Below, one piece after another: positions 43,396-52,604 of a stretch of 64,000 nt of DNA. The stretch is taken from contig DATCDK010000240.1 of the NCBI GenBank assembly GCA_036510735.1, positions 3,113 through 67,112 on the forward strand. Reading direction: 5' to 3'. The stretch is from Acidothermaceae bacterium. Lineage in GTDB: Bacteria > Actinomycetota > Actinomycetes > Acidothermales > Acidothermaceae. The position numbers and the translations under genes are program-made. Within the stretch, counting starts at the first letter, position 1, and each line of letters starts with the position of its first letter. Under the pieces are notes generated by a model, which ran no database searches, was not told the origin of the DNA, and worked only from the letters and a program-made list of their open reading frames with translations.

Positions 43396-43599
43396 ATGGC
43401 GCAAGGCACCGTGAAGTGGTTCAACGCGGAAAAGGGCTTCGGTTTCATCAGTCCTGATGGCGGCGACGCCGACGTGTTCGTTCACCACTCGCAGATCCAG
43501 ACGAACGGCTACCGCAGCCTCGACGAGAACCAGCGTGTCGAGTTTGAGGTCACGCAGGGCCCGAAGGGCCCCCAGGCTGAGCAGGTTCGCCCGGTCTAA
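43396..43599 (+). CDS. cspA: Cold-shock protein (CspA family)
   Basis: [34 protein letters not shown] carries the RNP1/RNP2 motifs. 67 aa, GAGGAG SD. Confidence 0.95.
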   Translation: MAQGTVKWFNAEKGFGFISPDGGDADVFVHHSQIQTNGYRSLDENQRVEFEVTQGPKGPQAEQVRPV

Positions 43600-43616
43600 G
43601 TCTTGGAACAAACAGC

Positions 43617-43661
43617 AGCGGCTGTGCTCGGTGGAAACGCCGGGCACAGCCGCTTTCTGTT
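43617..43661 (+). terminator. Rho-independent terminator of cspA
   Basis: AGCGGCTGTGC ... GCACAGCCGCT (11-bp stem) followed by TTCTGTT, beginning 18 nt after the stop. Confidence 0.6.
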
Positions 43662-43738
43662 GGGAGCGTTGATGCGGGGCGCGCGTTCTTGCACGCGCTG
43701 AGCACCAATGGTCGCGCGCGAGGGCCGGTGGCGTTGGT

Positions 43739-44068
43739 TTAGATGTCTGGGACGCCGTGCGGGTGGCTGAACAGCGCCGCGGACGACGATTCGCCGAACT
43801 CCTCACGGGACACGCCGGCTTCGACCATCTCGCGACGCAGCCCTGGTGACGGCGGCTCCAGGCGGCAGTTCATCGTCACCGCGAGCTCCTGCGCCTCTTT
43901 CCACGAGGCCACCGTGCCGGTGTCAGCCGGGTCGCCGGTGTTTGCGTCCGGGCCCAGACCGGAGCCGTCCCCGATGTTCTCGCCGTCAACCTGCACGCTC
44001 CACACGTCGCCGCGCACCCCCGACCGGCGGTTCTCCAGGACATGCATAACGTGCGTGAGCTCAGGCAT
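43739..44068 (-). CDS. Hypothetical protein (109 aa)
   Basis: ATG 44068 behind GAGGGA (track start 44083). High GC3 throughout. No recognised motif. Confidence 0.5.
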   Translation of the reverse strand: MPELTHVMHVLENRRSGVRGDVWSVQVDGENIGDGSGLGPDANTGDPADTGTVASWKEAQELAVTMNCRLEPPSPGLRREMVEAGVSREEFGESSSAALFSHPHGVPDI

Positions 44069-44197
44069 TGACGTCCCTCTCATCTCGCCTTAGGCGAGGA
44101 TCACACGGACGGTGCGTTCAACTCCCGTCCCGTATGAGTCACGCTAGACCCCTGCCGAGCCGGATGCGAACCGCGCCGAGATGGCAGGCTGATCACC

Positions 44198-45688
44198 ATG
44201 GCCGAGACCGTCACCTATGGCTCGCGCGCAGGTCGCTGGGTGCTGCTCGCCACGATCCTGGCTAGCGGGATTTCACAACTCGACGCGACCGTCGTCAATG
44301 TCGCGTTGCCGCGGATCGGGAAAGACCTGCACATCGGGCTCACAAGCCTGCAATGGACCGTCAACGCGTACGCCCTGACGCTGTCGGGTCTGCTGTTGCT
44401 CGGCGGCTCGCTCGGAGACCGCTTCGGCCGCCGCCGGATCTTTGTCCTCGGCGTCCTCTGGTTCACCGCCGCGTCCCTCGGGTGCGCGCTCGCCCCAACG
44501 GGTGCCTTCCTGATCGCCATGCGCGCGGTGCAGGGCGTAGGGGGCGCGATGCTGACTCCGGGCTCACTCGCGATCCTGCAGGCCGTGTTCGAACCAGATG
44601 ATCGGGCGCCAGCCGTCGGCGCCTGGTCGGGTCTGACCGGTGTCGCCTCGGCGCTGGGTCCGGTCGTCGGCGGGTTGCTTGTTGCCGTCGCCCCCTGGGG
44701 TTGGCGGCTGGTCTTTCTGATCAACCTGCCGCTCGCCGTCGTCGTCGTCTTCGCGTCAAAGCACATACCCGAGACGCGTGACGAGTCCGCGGAAGGCAGA
44801 ATCGACGTCCTAGGCGCCGCGCTGGCAGCGCTGGGGTTAGCCGCGGTTATCTACGGGCTGACTGAGGGGTCGACGTTCGGCTGGGGCACTCGACAACTGG
44901 GGGCCACAGCGGCCGGTGTAGTGCTGTTGGCCCTCTTCGCCCTGGTCGAAGTTCGCGAGCGCACGCCCATGCTGCCGATGCGGTTGTTCCGCTCGCAGCA
45001 GTTCAGTGCGGCCAACGCGGTGACGATCGTGGTCTACGGCGCGCTCGGCGGCATCTTCTTCTTGCTACCGGTCGAGTTGCAGCAAGGCGCCGGCTTCTCT
45101 GCGGTCGCCGCCGGCGCGTCACTGCTTCCGGTCACGGCCATGCTCCTGCTGCTGTCGTCGCGGATGGGCCGATACGCGGCTCGGCGCGGACCGCGGTTGC
45201 AGATGACCGTCGGCCCGATCGTGGCGGGTATCGGCATCACCTTGCTCGCGATGGTGCATCCCGGATCCAGCTACGTGTCATCGGTGCTGCCCGGCATCCT
45301 GGTGTTCGGGTTAGGCATGGCGACGACCGTTGCGCCGTTGACGGCCACCGTGATGGCGGCCGCTCCGTCGAGAGACGTCGGGGTCGCATCGGCAGTGAAC
45401 AACGACGTTGCCCGTACCGCAGCACTGTTCGCGGTGGCGGTGTTGCCGGCGCTGTCGGGCATTACGGCGACTGCCTACAAGTCACCGACCGCACTCTCCA
45501 ACGGGTTCCATCACGCGGTCTGGATAGCTGCCACACTGACCGCGTTGGGCGGCGTGCTCGCCGGGCTGCTCATCCGCAACGACGTATTAAAGAGTGGGAC
45601 GGCGAGGGGCGAGGCCCCTGATCAGGTCGGGGTCGCGTCGACCCCAGGGTCGTTGGATGCCGCGTCGTCGGACGCCGCGTCGTCCTGA
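44198..45688 (+). CDS. MFS transporter, DHA2 (EmrB/QacA, 14-TMS) family
   Basis: LDATVVNVALPRIGKDL, LGGSLGDRFGRRRIF and MRAVQGVGGAMLTPGSLAIL. 496 aa. Confidence 0.85.
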   Translation: MAETVTYGSRAGRWVLLATILASGISQLDATVVNVALPRIGKDLHIGLTSLQWTVNAYALTLSGLLLLGGSLGDRFGRRRIFVLGVLWFTAASLGCALAPTGAFLIAMRAVQGVGGAMLTPGSLAILQAVFEPDDRAPAVGAWSGLTGVASALGPVVGGLLVAVAPWGWRLVFLINLPLAVVVVFASKHIPETRDESAEGRIDVLGAALAALGLAAVIYGLTEGSTFGWGTRQLGATAAGVVLLALFALVEVRERTPMLPMRLFRSQQFSAANAVTIVVYGALGGIFFLLPVELQQGAGFSAVAAGASLLPVTAMLLLLSSRMGRYAARRGPRLQMTVGPIVAGIGITLLAMVHPGSSYVSSVLPGILVFGLGMATTVAPLTATVMAAAPSRDVGVASAVNNDVARTAALFAVAVLPALSGITATAYKSPTALSNGFHHAVWIAATLTALGGVLAGLLIRNDVLKSGTARGEAPDQVGVASTPGSLDAASSDAASS

Positions 45689-47406
45689 CCTTCCGCCGCC
45701 GCTGCGGCCGCCGCGTTACGGTCACTCACTGCTTTCGCGTCGGCCTGTTGGGCCTGGATGCCGGACATCGTGCGCAGCGGCACCTCTTCGACGCGGAGCA
45801 GCAGCAGGAATCCGATCACCATCACTGCGGCGGCGAGCAGGAAGATCACGTCCATTGAGTTTGAGAACCCGACGAAGAACGGGTGCGCGAGGTTCTTGTC
45901 GGCGTGCTTTAAGAAGGCCGTGTCGTTCAGGCCCGACGAGGAGAGTTTCTGGCCCTGCAGGATCGAGAGCAGTGGCTTGTTCGCTGCGGCGCTGGTGACG
46001 CTCGGGTCAGTCGTGAGGGACTGGAACGACGCCGACTTCGCTGCGTTCTTGTACGCGTGGGCGATGTTGCCGCCGGCCGTACTGAAGAGCACCGAAAGGA
46101 AGATGGCGACCCCGAGCGTGCCGCCCATCTGACGGAAGAACGTGGCCGACGATGTCGCGACGCCGATGTCTCGCGCGGGCATCGCATTCTGCGTGGCGAG
46201 GGTGATCGGCTGCATGATGTTGCCGATGCCGACCCCGAAGAGCGCGCCGTACAGGTCGGTCTGCCACAGCGGGGTATCGGCGCCGATGAACGACATCAGC
46301 ACGAGCGCGATGACGCAAAGAAGCGAGCCGACGACGGGGAAGATCTTGTAGCGCCCGGTGCGCGAGATCATCTGCCCGGAGATGATCGCGCCGACCATCA
46401 GGCCAGCCGTCAACGGGATCAGCAGCAGGCCGGCCTCGGTGGGCGAGACACCGCGCACGATCTGCAGGTACAGCGGCAGCACTGAGATGCCGCCGAACAA
46501 GCCCATGCCGACGAGGACCCCGACGATCGAGGTCAGGCTGAACACCCGGTTCTTGAAGAACCGCAGCGGAATCAACGCGTCGTCGCCCATGCGATGCTCG
46601 GCGAGAATGAACAGCACGAGCCCGGCGATGCCGAGTGCGTAGCAAGCAAGCGACGTGCCGGAACCCCAGCCCCATTTCTGACCCTGCTCCGCCACCACAA
46701 GCAGCGGCACCAGGCAGACGAACAGGGACGCCACGCCGACCCAGTCGATGCGCGCGGGTCGATGCGTGTTGGGCAGGTTCAGCGTGCGCCACACGACGTA
46801 GAGCGCCACGATGCCGATCGGCACGTTGACCAGGAAGACCCAACGCCAGCCCGTGATCGTCAGGATCGAGCTCGCGCCGGCGAAGAAGCCGCCGAGCACT
46901 GGCCCAAGCACGCTCGCCGTGCCGAACACGGCGAGGAAGTAACCCTGGTACTTGGCTCGGTCGCGCGGCGACACGATGTCGCCGATGATCGCCAAGGCGA
47001 GCGAGAACAGGCCACCCGCGCCCAGACCCTGATACGCGCGGAACGCGGCCAGCATGTACATGGACGTCGAGAACGCACAGGCGGCGGAGCCGGTAATGAA
47101 GATGGTGATCGCGATGAGGAAGAACGGCTTGCGGCCGTAGAGGTCGGACAGCTTCCCGTACAGGGGGGTCGACACGGTTGACGTAATCAGATACGCGGTG
47201 GTCACCCAGGCCTGTACCGAGAGACCGTGCAGGTCGTCGCCGATCGTTCGAATGGCGGTCGCCACGATGTTCTGGTCGAGGGCGGCAAGGAACATTCCGA
47301 GCATCAGACCGGTCAGGATCACCAAGACCTGCTTGTGCGTGAACCCACCCACACCCGGCGCCGATGCTGCCCCGCCCGGCACCGATGTGGACGTCGTGCC
47401 GCTCAT
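45622..47406 (-). CDS. MFS transporter, DHA2 (EmrB/QacA) family
   Basis: LDQNIVATAIRTIGDDL, YGKLSDLYGRKPFF and FRAYQGLGAGG. 594 aa with a low-complexity Ala/Asp C-tail. Its 3' end overlaps the convergent MFS gene by 67 nt. Confidence 0.85.
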   Translation of the reverse strand: MSGTTSTSVPGGAASAPGVGGFTHKQVLVILTGLMLGMFLAALDQNIVATAIRTIGDDLHGLSVQAWVTTAYLITSTVSTPLYGKLSDLYGRKPFFLIAITIFITGSAACAFSTSMYMLAAFRAYQGLGAGGLFSLALAIIGDIVSPRDRAKYQGYFLAVFGTASVLGPVLGGFFAGASSILTITGWRWVFLVNVPIGIVALYVVWRTLNLPNTHRPARIDWVGVASLFVCLVPLLVVAEQGQKWGWGSGTSLACYALGIAGLVLFILAEHRMGDDALIPLRFFKNRVFSLTSIVGVLVGMGLFGGISVLPLYLQIVRGVSPTEAGLLLIPLTAGLMVGAIISGQMISRTGRYKIFPVVGSLLCVIALVLMSFIGADTPLWQTDLYGALFGVGIGNIMQPITLATQNAMPARDIGVATSSATFFRQMGGTLGVAIFLSVLFSTAGGNIAHAYKNAAKSASFQSLTTDPSVTSAAANKPLLSILQGQKLSSSGLNDTAFLKHADKNLAHPFFVGFSNSMDVIFLLAAAVMVIGFLLLLRVEEVPLRTMSGIQAQQADAKAVSDRNAAAAAAAEGQDDAASDDAASNDPGVDATPT

Positions 47407-47463
47407 TCGGTCTCCCTGTGTGTGCGGTCTGCCTCGCGATCGGAGGCAGCCTCCACAATTACG

Positions 47464-48543
47464 CTACTCGGCCGGGGAACTGAGCTGCGAACCGGTTTGG
47501 TCTAAGCCGTCCGGGCAGTAACCGTGCGCCACCACGAACTGGCGCAGCGCGGGCTCGTAGCCGGCCACAGCCATGGCGCTGGCCGGGTCAGTCGGGTCGA
47601 CGAGGTGGCCCAGTTGCTCCTGCTGGTTGATGAAACTCCACGCGCTCGTGGCGTCGCCCACCACGCATTCATCGGCGAGATAGCCCGCGAGAAAGCCGAG
47701 CTTCTCGGGCTGGCTCGGGTCGTTGAACAGCGCGAGGTAGTTCTGCGCGTCGTCGGTCACGAGGTCGAGATGCTGGCGGGTCACGTCGGCGAACGCGGTA
47801 CCGGTCCAGGCGAAGAGTTGAATCGGCGGCCCGGAGCCGGCAAAGGATCCGAACTGATAGGCGAAGGCGTTGTCGGCGCTTACGAGGAGCGGGCCACTCG
47901 CGGTCTGGCGAAACCACGGCGGGTAGTTGCCGAAGTCATGATCGACTGCGGCGCCGCCGACCGACGGAACCGCACGCACCGTGAAGCAGCAATGCGCGCC
48001 GCCCGTGGTGAGCGCGAGCAGCGCGACTGGAGCCGCACCGTCGCTGAACCGGCCAAGGCACAACGAACCGGCAGTGTCGTCGTCCGCATTCGAACGTTGT
48101 GCCTGCGTGTCGATGATGAACAGGTCGACGACCGGCGTGCCGGCGGGTGCGGTGACCGGAAGGGTGACCGTCGCGCGGCCGGCGCGGGTGATCGTCAGGA
48201 CGCCGTCGCGCAGTGCGCTGGGCTCGACCCCGTCGCTGGCGCTCGTTCCGGTCAGGACGGCGGTGGTGTCACCGAGGGAGACCTGCTGCCGGACCTGCAC
48301 ACCGACCGCCTGGCTGAAGATGTCCGAGGAGCTACAGGCGTAGCCGGCAGGAGCAGGTGAGGACGAGGCGGACGGCGGGGTGGCGGGCGATCGTTGTTTC
48401 GCGATGGTCGGAGCCTGCGAAGCGCAGCCCGCGATCAAGGTCAGAGCGGCCGCGAATGCGGGCAGCAGAAATCGAACGGGCGGCACGGTTGATAGACGCG
48501 CTGGGGCCGTCGCCGGTTGCCTGTCGATGCGGTTTCTGGGCAT
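47464..48543 (-). CDS. Hypothetical lipoprotein
   Basis: Signal peptide with lipobox LTLIAGC, then a Ser/Pro-rich linker. 359 aa. No family recognised. Confidence 0.7.
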   Translation of the reverse strand: MPRNRIDRQPATAPARLSTVPPVRFLLPAFAAALTLIAGCASQAPTIAKQRSPATPPSASSSPAPAGYACSSSDIFSQAVGVQVRQQVSLGDTTAVLTGTSASDGVEPSALRDGVLTITRAGRATVTLPVTAPAGTPVVDLFIIDTQAQRSNADDDTAGSLCLGRFSDGAAPVALLALTTGGAHCCFTVRAVPSVGGAAVDHDFGNYPPWFRQTASGPLLVSADNAFAYQFGSFAGSGPPIQLFAWTGTAFADVTRQHLDLVTDDAQNYLALFNDPSQPEKLGFLAGYLADECVVGDATSAWSFINQQEQLGHLVDPTDPASAMAVAGYEPALRQFVVAHGYCPDGLDQTGSQLSSPAE

Positions 48544-48553
48544 CTATCCAAAG

Positions 48554-50122
48554 CTACGACCAAAGGCCGGTGATCTCCGACAGGTCAGCGAGCTGAAACG
48601 CGAGCCATTTCGCGACGTCGTTGGCACGCACGATGTCGGCGGCGGCCTCGCGCAACTCTCGGCGTCGGATCGCTGGCATCATCAACGCCTCGTACAGGGC
48701 ATCGGCCTGCTGCTGAATGTCGAACGGATAGAGGGTCACCGCAAACGCACCCAGTTCTTCGTGGGCACCCGTGTTCTCCGACAGCGCCAGGACCGCATCG
48801 CGTCGCGAGACCGAGACCGCCTCCTTGGCGACCAGGTTCATGCCGTCGGCGATCGAGTTGACCATGACCACGTCGCAGATCGTGTACGCAGCCACCGCGG
48901 TCGGGAAATCCTCGTGCAGCCGCAGATCGATCGGCGCCTCCCCGCGCCGGGTGTATCGGGCGTTGACGCGGGCAACGACGGAGCCGATGTCAGCGACGTA
49001 CTGCGCGTACTCGGGCACGTCGAGCCGGCTCGGTTGCAGGAACGCCAGGAAGCGCACCTTGCCGACGAGCTCGGGGTGATCGTCGAGCAGCTTCTCGAAG
49101 GCGACGAAGCCGCGGATGATGTTCTTCGACGGGTCGGTGCGGTCGACTCGCACGATCAGCTTCGCGTCGTCGGTGACCAGCCACTGCTCGAGGTCGTCGA
49201 GCCGGTTTCGCACGGCTTTGCTGCCCGCCGTCTCGACGAGTGCGGCCACGTCGATCGAGATCGGATAGGTGCGAGCCGTCACGGTGCGCGGGCCGACCTC
49301 GACCGTCATCTTGTCGAGATTGATCGGCAGGCCGAGCAACTCCTGTGCGCAGAGCAGGAAGTTGCGGGCGAAGCGTTCGGTGTGGAACGCCACGACGTCG
49401 TTGCCGAGCAGGCCGTAAAGCAGCCGCTCACGCATGTCGGGTGGTAACACCCGCCATGCATCGGGCCCGGGCCACGGAATGTGCACGAAGTGTGAGAGGA
49501 CGACGTCGGGGCACCGTTGCCTGACCAGGTCGGCGACGAGATAGAAGTGGTAGTCGTGCAGCATCACCAGCGCACGGCCGCCGCGCTGCTCGACTTCACG
49601 GGCGACCGCATCGGCGAACGTCTGGTTGATGCTGACATAGCCATCCTCGAACGCGTCGCGCTCGCGCTGGCCGATGTTGGGGGAGTAGCTGAGTTCGTAG
49701 AGACCGTGCTGGATGAACCAGAGCAGGGGATTGGAGATGACCCCGTAGAAGTCCTCATGCGCGAACGGATCGGTCTCGACGAAGCGGATCTGGAGGCTGC
49801 CCTCGGCGTCCGCTTGAGTGATCTTCGGCCGCGCCGTCATTGATACATGCAGGCTCGCGTCCTTGTATTCGCGCGCGACCAAGACGTCTTCGTCGGTGGT
49901 GGCCGCACAGACCCACACGGCGTCGTTGAGCTGACCGGCGAGGCCTACCAGTGCCGTGACCAGGCCGCCCGCGCCCCGGCGTGCCTGCCGAACCCCGCCC
50001 TCTTCGTAGAACGAGACCGGCGCTCGATGTGACAGAACGACGACCGGTACCTCGAACTCCTTTGGATCGACTGGATGCCGCTGCGCTGGCCGGTCGGTCG
50101 GGATCGGGCCTGTATCTGTCAC
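48554..50122 (-). CDS. otsA: Alpha,alpha-trehalose-phosphate synthase (GT20)
   Basis: Motifs FYGVISNPLLWFIQH, HDYHFYLV, RVDRTDPSKNI and NSIADGMNLVAKE. Start chosen at GTG 50122 (AGGGAG 6 nt upstream); ATG 50140 and the track start 50278 are alternatives. Confidence 0.8.
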   Translation of the reverse strand: MTDTGPIPTDRPAQRHPVDPKEFEVPVVVLSHRAPVSFYEEGGVRQARRGAGGLVTALVGLAGQLNDAVWVCAATTDEDVLVAREYKDASLHVSMTARPKITQADAEGSLQIRFVETDPFAHEDFYGVISNPLLWFIQHGLYELSYSPNIGQRERDAFEDGYVSINQTFADAVAREVEQRGGRALVMLHDYHFYLVADLVRQRCPDVVLSHFVHIPWPGPDAWRVLPPDMRERLLYGLLGNDVVAFHTERFARNFLLCAQELLGLPINLDKMTVEVGPRTVTARTYPISIDVAALVETAGSKAVRNRLDDLEQWLVTDDAKLIVRVDRTDPSKNIIRGFVAFEKLLDDHPELVGKVRFLAFLQPSRLDVPEYAQYVADIGSVVARVNARYTRRGEAPIDLRLHEDFPTAVAAYTICDVVMVNSIADGMNLVAKEAVSVSRRDAVLALSENTGAHEELGAFAVTLYPFDIQQQADALYEALMMPAIRRRELREAAADIVRANDVAKWLAFQLADLSEITGLWS

Positions 50123-50154
50123 AGCTGTCTCCCTACCCATGGCAAGCTCGCAAC

Positions 50155-50856
50155 ATGCCCAACGGTTCGGCCGTCCCTGTCGTCCCCGTCTACCTCGAGG
50201 CGGGCAATACGCGAGTCTTCGCCTGCTCGCTCGACTGGCCAGGCTGGTGCCGCCGGGCGAAGACCGACGAGGAGGCACTTGACGCCCTCGGCGCGTTTGC
50301 GCCCCGCTACGCCGCGGTTGCGAAGCGGGCCGGCCTGCGCTTTCCGTCGTCCGCCCACTTAACGTTCGACGTCGTCGAACAGATCCCGTGGCGCGGCGGC
50401 AAGGCGTTTTCCTACGTCGACTTCGGGGCGCTCGGGTCAGCGGCGCGGCTCGACAGCGAGCCGCTCACCGCTGCGCAGGCGAAGCGACTGGCTGCACTCG
50501 TCGAGGCGGCATGGGGCGAGCTCGACGACGTCGTCGCGGGCGCCCCGGCGGAGTTGCGCAAAGGCCCGCGCGGCGGCGGTCGTGATCGCGATGCGGTGTT
50601 CGCCCACGTCGTGGCCGCAGAGACGGCCTACGCGCGCAAACTCGGCGTCCGGCACGCCGGCGTCCGACAGAAGGAGCCGCAGGATCGCGACGAGATTGCG
50701 GCCGTGCGGGCCGGCATCCTCGCGGCCCTTTCCGGTGCGCGCGCCGGCACGCCTCCGGCGGACGCGGCCGGGAAGGGTTGGCTGCCGAGGTACGCGGCAC
50801 GCCGCATCGCCTGGCACGTTCTCGACCACGCGTGGGAGATCGCAGACCGCAGCTGA
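50155..50856 (+). CDS. Hypothetical protein, possibly DinB/YfiT-like metal-binding fold
   Basis: ATG 50155; the track extension to 49981 overlaps otsA. His-containing helices (FAHVVAAETAYARKLG, WHVLDHAWEI) suggest the DinB superfamily. Weak assignment. Confidence 0.55.
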   Translation: MPNGSAVPVVPVYLEAGNTRVFACSLDWPGWCRRAKTDEEALDALGAFAPRYAAVAKRAGLRFPSSAHLTFDVVEQIPWRGGKAFSYVDFGALGSAARLDSEPLTAAQAKRLAALVEAAWGELDDVVAGAPAELRKGPRGGGRDRDAVFAHVVAAETAYARKLGVRHAGVRQKEPQDRDEIAAVRAGILAALSGARAGTPPADAAGKGWLPRYAARRIAWHVLDHAWEIADRS

Positions 50857-50886
50857 CGCAGATCTTGTCTCGTTAGGGTGGGCCCT

Positions 50887-52497
50887 ATGGCAGAGGTTGA
50901 GGCACTCGAGGCGTTCGCCTCAGCAGCGGTCGAGGACATCCTGGTCAGACAGCCGGTGATGGCGAGTTCGCTCGGCGACCACCGCTTCGACGGCCGTCTC
51001 GACGACCTGCACCCGGCGGTGCTCAACGAAGAGCGCAAGGCGATCGCGGCTCGCCTCGTCGAACTGCATCAGTGGGACGACGTGGAGTTGCCCATCGGGC
51101 ACCGGGTCGATGCCGAGGTGCTCAGCGTGCGATTGCGTGACCGGCTCTTCGACATCGAGGAAGACGGCGAATACACTTGGAACCCGCTTGCCGCGAACCC
51201 GGGTACGGCGCTTTACCTGCTGCTCGCGCGCGACTACGCGCCACTGCCCGAGCGGCTGCGCAGTGCGGGATCGCGGCTGCGCCAGATTCCCGAACAGCTC
51301 GAGGTCGCGCGGGCAACCCTGCACGACATGCCTCGGGTGCACGTCGAGACTGCGATCGGCCAGTTCGGCGGCACGCTAGGGCTACTCGACGACATCGCTC
51401 GCGAGATCGCCGACGTACCCGACCTTCGACGTGAGGTCGAGCCGGCACTCGACGGCGCCCGGGCGGCACTCAACACGCACGTCGATTGGCTGACCGGCGA
51501 GCTCGAGAGTGCAGCCGGCGACCCGCGCCTTGGTCGCGAGACGTTCGCTCGCAAGCTCAGCCTGGTGCTCGACGTGGAGATGACACCTGAGCAGGTTCTG
51601 CAGGCTGCGATGGATGAGTTGGTGCTGCTCGAAGACCGGATCGCGCAGGTGGCTGCACAGCTCGGCGGTACGCCGCGCGAGGTGCTCGATCGGCTAGCGC
51701 TGGACGCGCCGACCAACGACACCATCGTCGCGGTTGCAAAGGACGCGCTTGCGGAGACGACCGCGTTTGTGGCCGAGCACGATCTCATCACCATGTACGA
51801 CGATCCGGTCGAGGTCATCGTGATGCCCGAGATCCACCGCGGGGTTGCGGTTGCCTACTGCGACCCGCCCGGGCCGCTCGATCCGCCTGGCACGACAACC
51901 TTCTTCGCGATTTCGCCGACGCCGACCGATTGGCCCGCAGAGCGAGTCGCATCGTTCTATCGCGAGGTCAACTCGCACAACCTGCGCAACTTGGTGATCC
52001 ACGAAGCGATGCCTGGCCATGTCTTGCAACTGGCACACAGCAGGCGTGGGCCGGTGCCGACGAGAGTGCACCAGACGTACTGGAGCGGACCCTTCGTCGA
52101 GGGTTGGGCGGTGTACGCCGAAGCCGAGATGGTGCGGCGGGGATTCGGCGGCCTCCCCGTTGCGATGCAGCAGCTGAAGATGCGGCTGCGGGCGACGATC
52201 AATGCCGTGCTCGACGTTCGGGTGCACTGCGACGGGCTCACCGAGGCCGAGGCGATGGAGCTGATGACCGGGCGCGGTCATCAGGAAGAGGGCGAGGCGG
52301 CTGGCAAGTGGCGGCGGGCGCTGCTCACGAGCGCGCAGTTGTCGACGTACTACATCGGTGGGCGGCAGGTAACTGACGTTGTCGGGCGGCTGCGGGCGGC
52401 TCACCCGCGATGGTCGGACCGGCAGATCCACGACACGATCCTCGGCAACGGGAACCCGCCGCCCAGGCATCTGCCAGCGCTTTTGGGGCTGGAGTGA
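50887..52497 (+). CDS. DUF885 family protein (putative metallopeptidase-like)
   Basis: ATG 50887 (track: GTG 50878). HEAMPGHVLQLAH is the DUF885 HExxPGH motif. 536 aa. Confidence 0.8.
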   Translation: MAEVEALEAFASAAVEDILVRQPVMASSLGDHRFDGRLDDLHPAVLNEERKAIAARLVELHQWDDVELPIGHRVDAEVLSVRLRDRLFDIEEDGEYTWNPLAANPGTALYLLLARDYAPLPERLRSAGSRLRQIPEQLEVARATLHDMPRVHVETAIGQFGGTLGLLDDIAREIADVPDLRREVEPALDGARAALNTHVDWLTGELESAAGDPRLGRETFARKLSLVLDVEMTPEQVLQAAMDELVLLEDRIAQVAAQLGGTPREVLDRLALDAPTNDTIVAVAKDALAETTAFVAEHDLITMYDDPVEVIVMPEIHRGVAVAYCDPPGPLDPPGTTTFFAISPTPTDWPAERVASFYREVNSHNLRNLVIHEAMPGHVLQLAHSRRGPVPTRVHQTYWSGPFVEGWAVYAEAEMVRRGFGGLPVAMQQLKMRLRATINAVLDVRVHCDGLTEAEAMELMTGRGHQEEGEAAGKWRRALLTSAQLSTYYIGGRQVTDVVGRLRAAHPRWSDRQIHDTILGNGNPPPRHLPALLGLE

Positions 52498-52604
52498 AGC
52501 GCTCGGAATGATTGCGTGTGCACCTGTGCTGGAATGGTTGCGTCCGCAACAATGTTGAGCACGGAGATGGCAGCCCGGATGGGCCGCCGAACGAGGAGGA
52601 CCCG

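Noticed and set aside
44084-44098. 15-bp perfect palindrome CTCGCCT-T-AGGCGAG between the hypothetical gene and the MFS gene
   Set aside because: It could be a TetR/MarR-type operator for the efflux pump, but no regulator gene is adjacent and it may overlap the 5' end of the hypothetical ORF. It is noted only.
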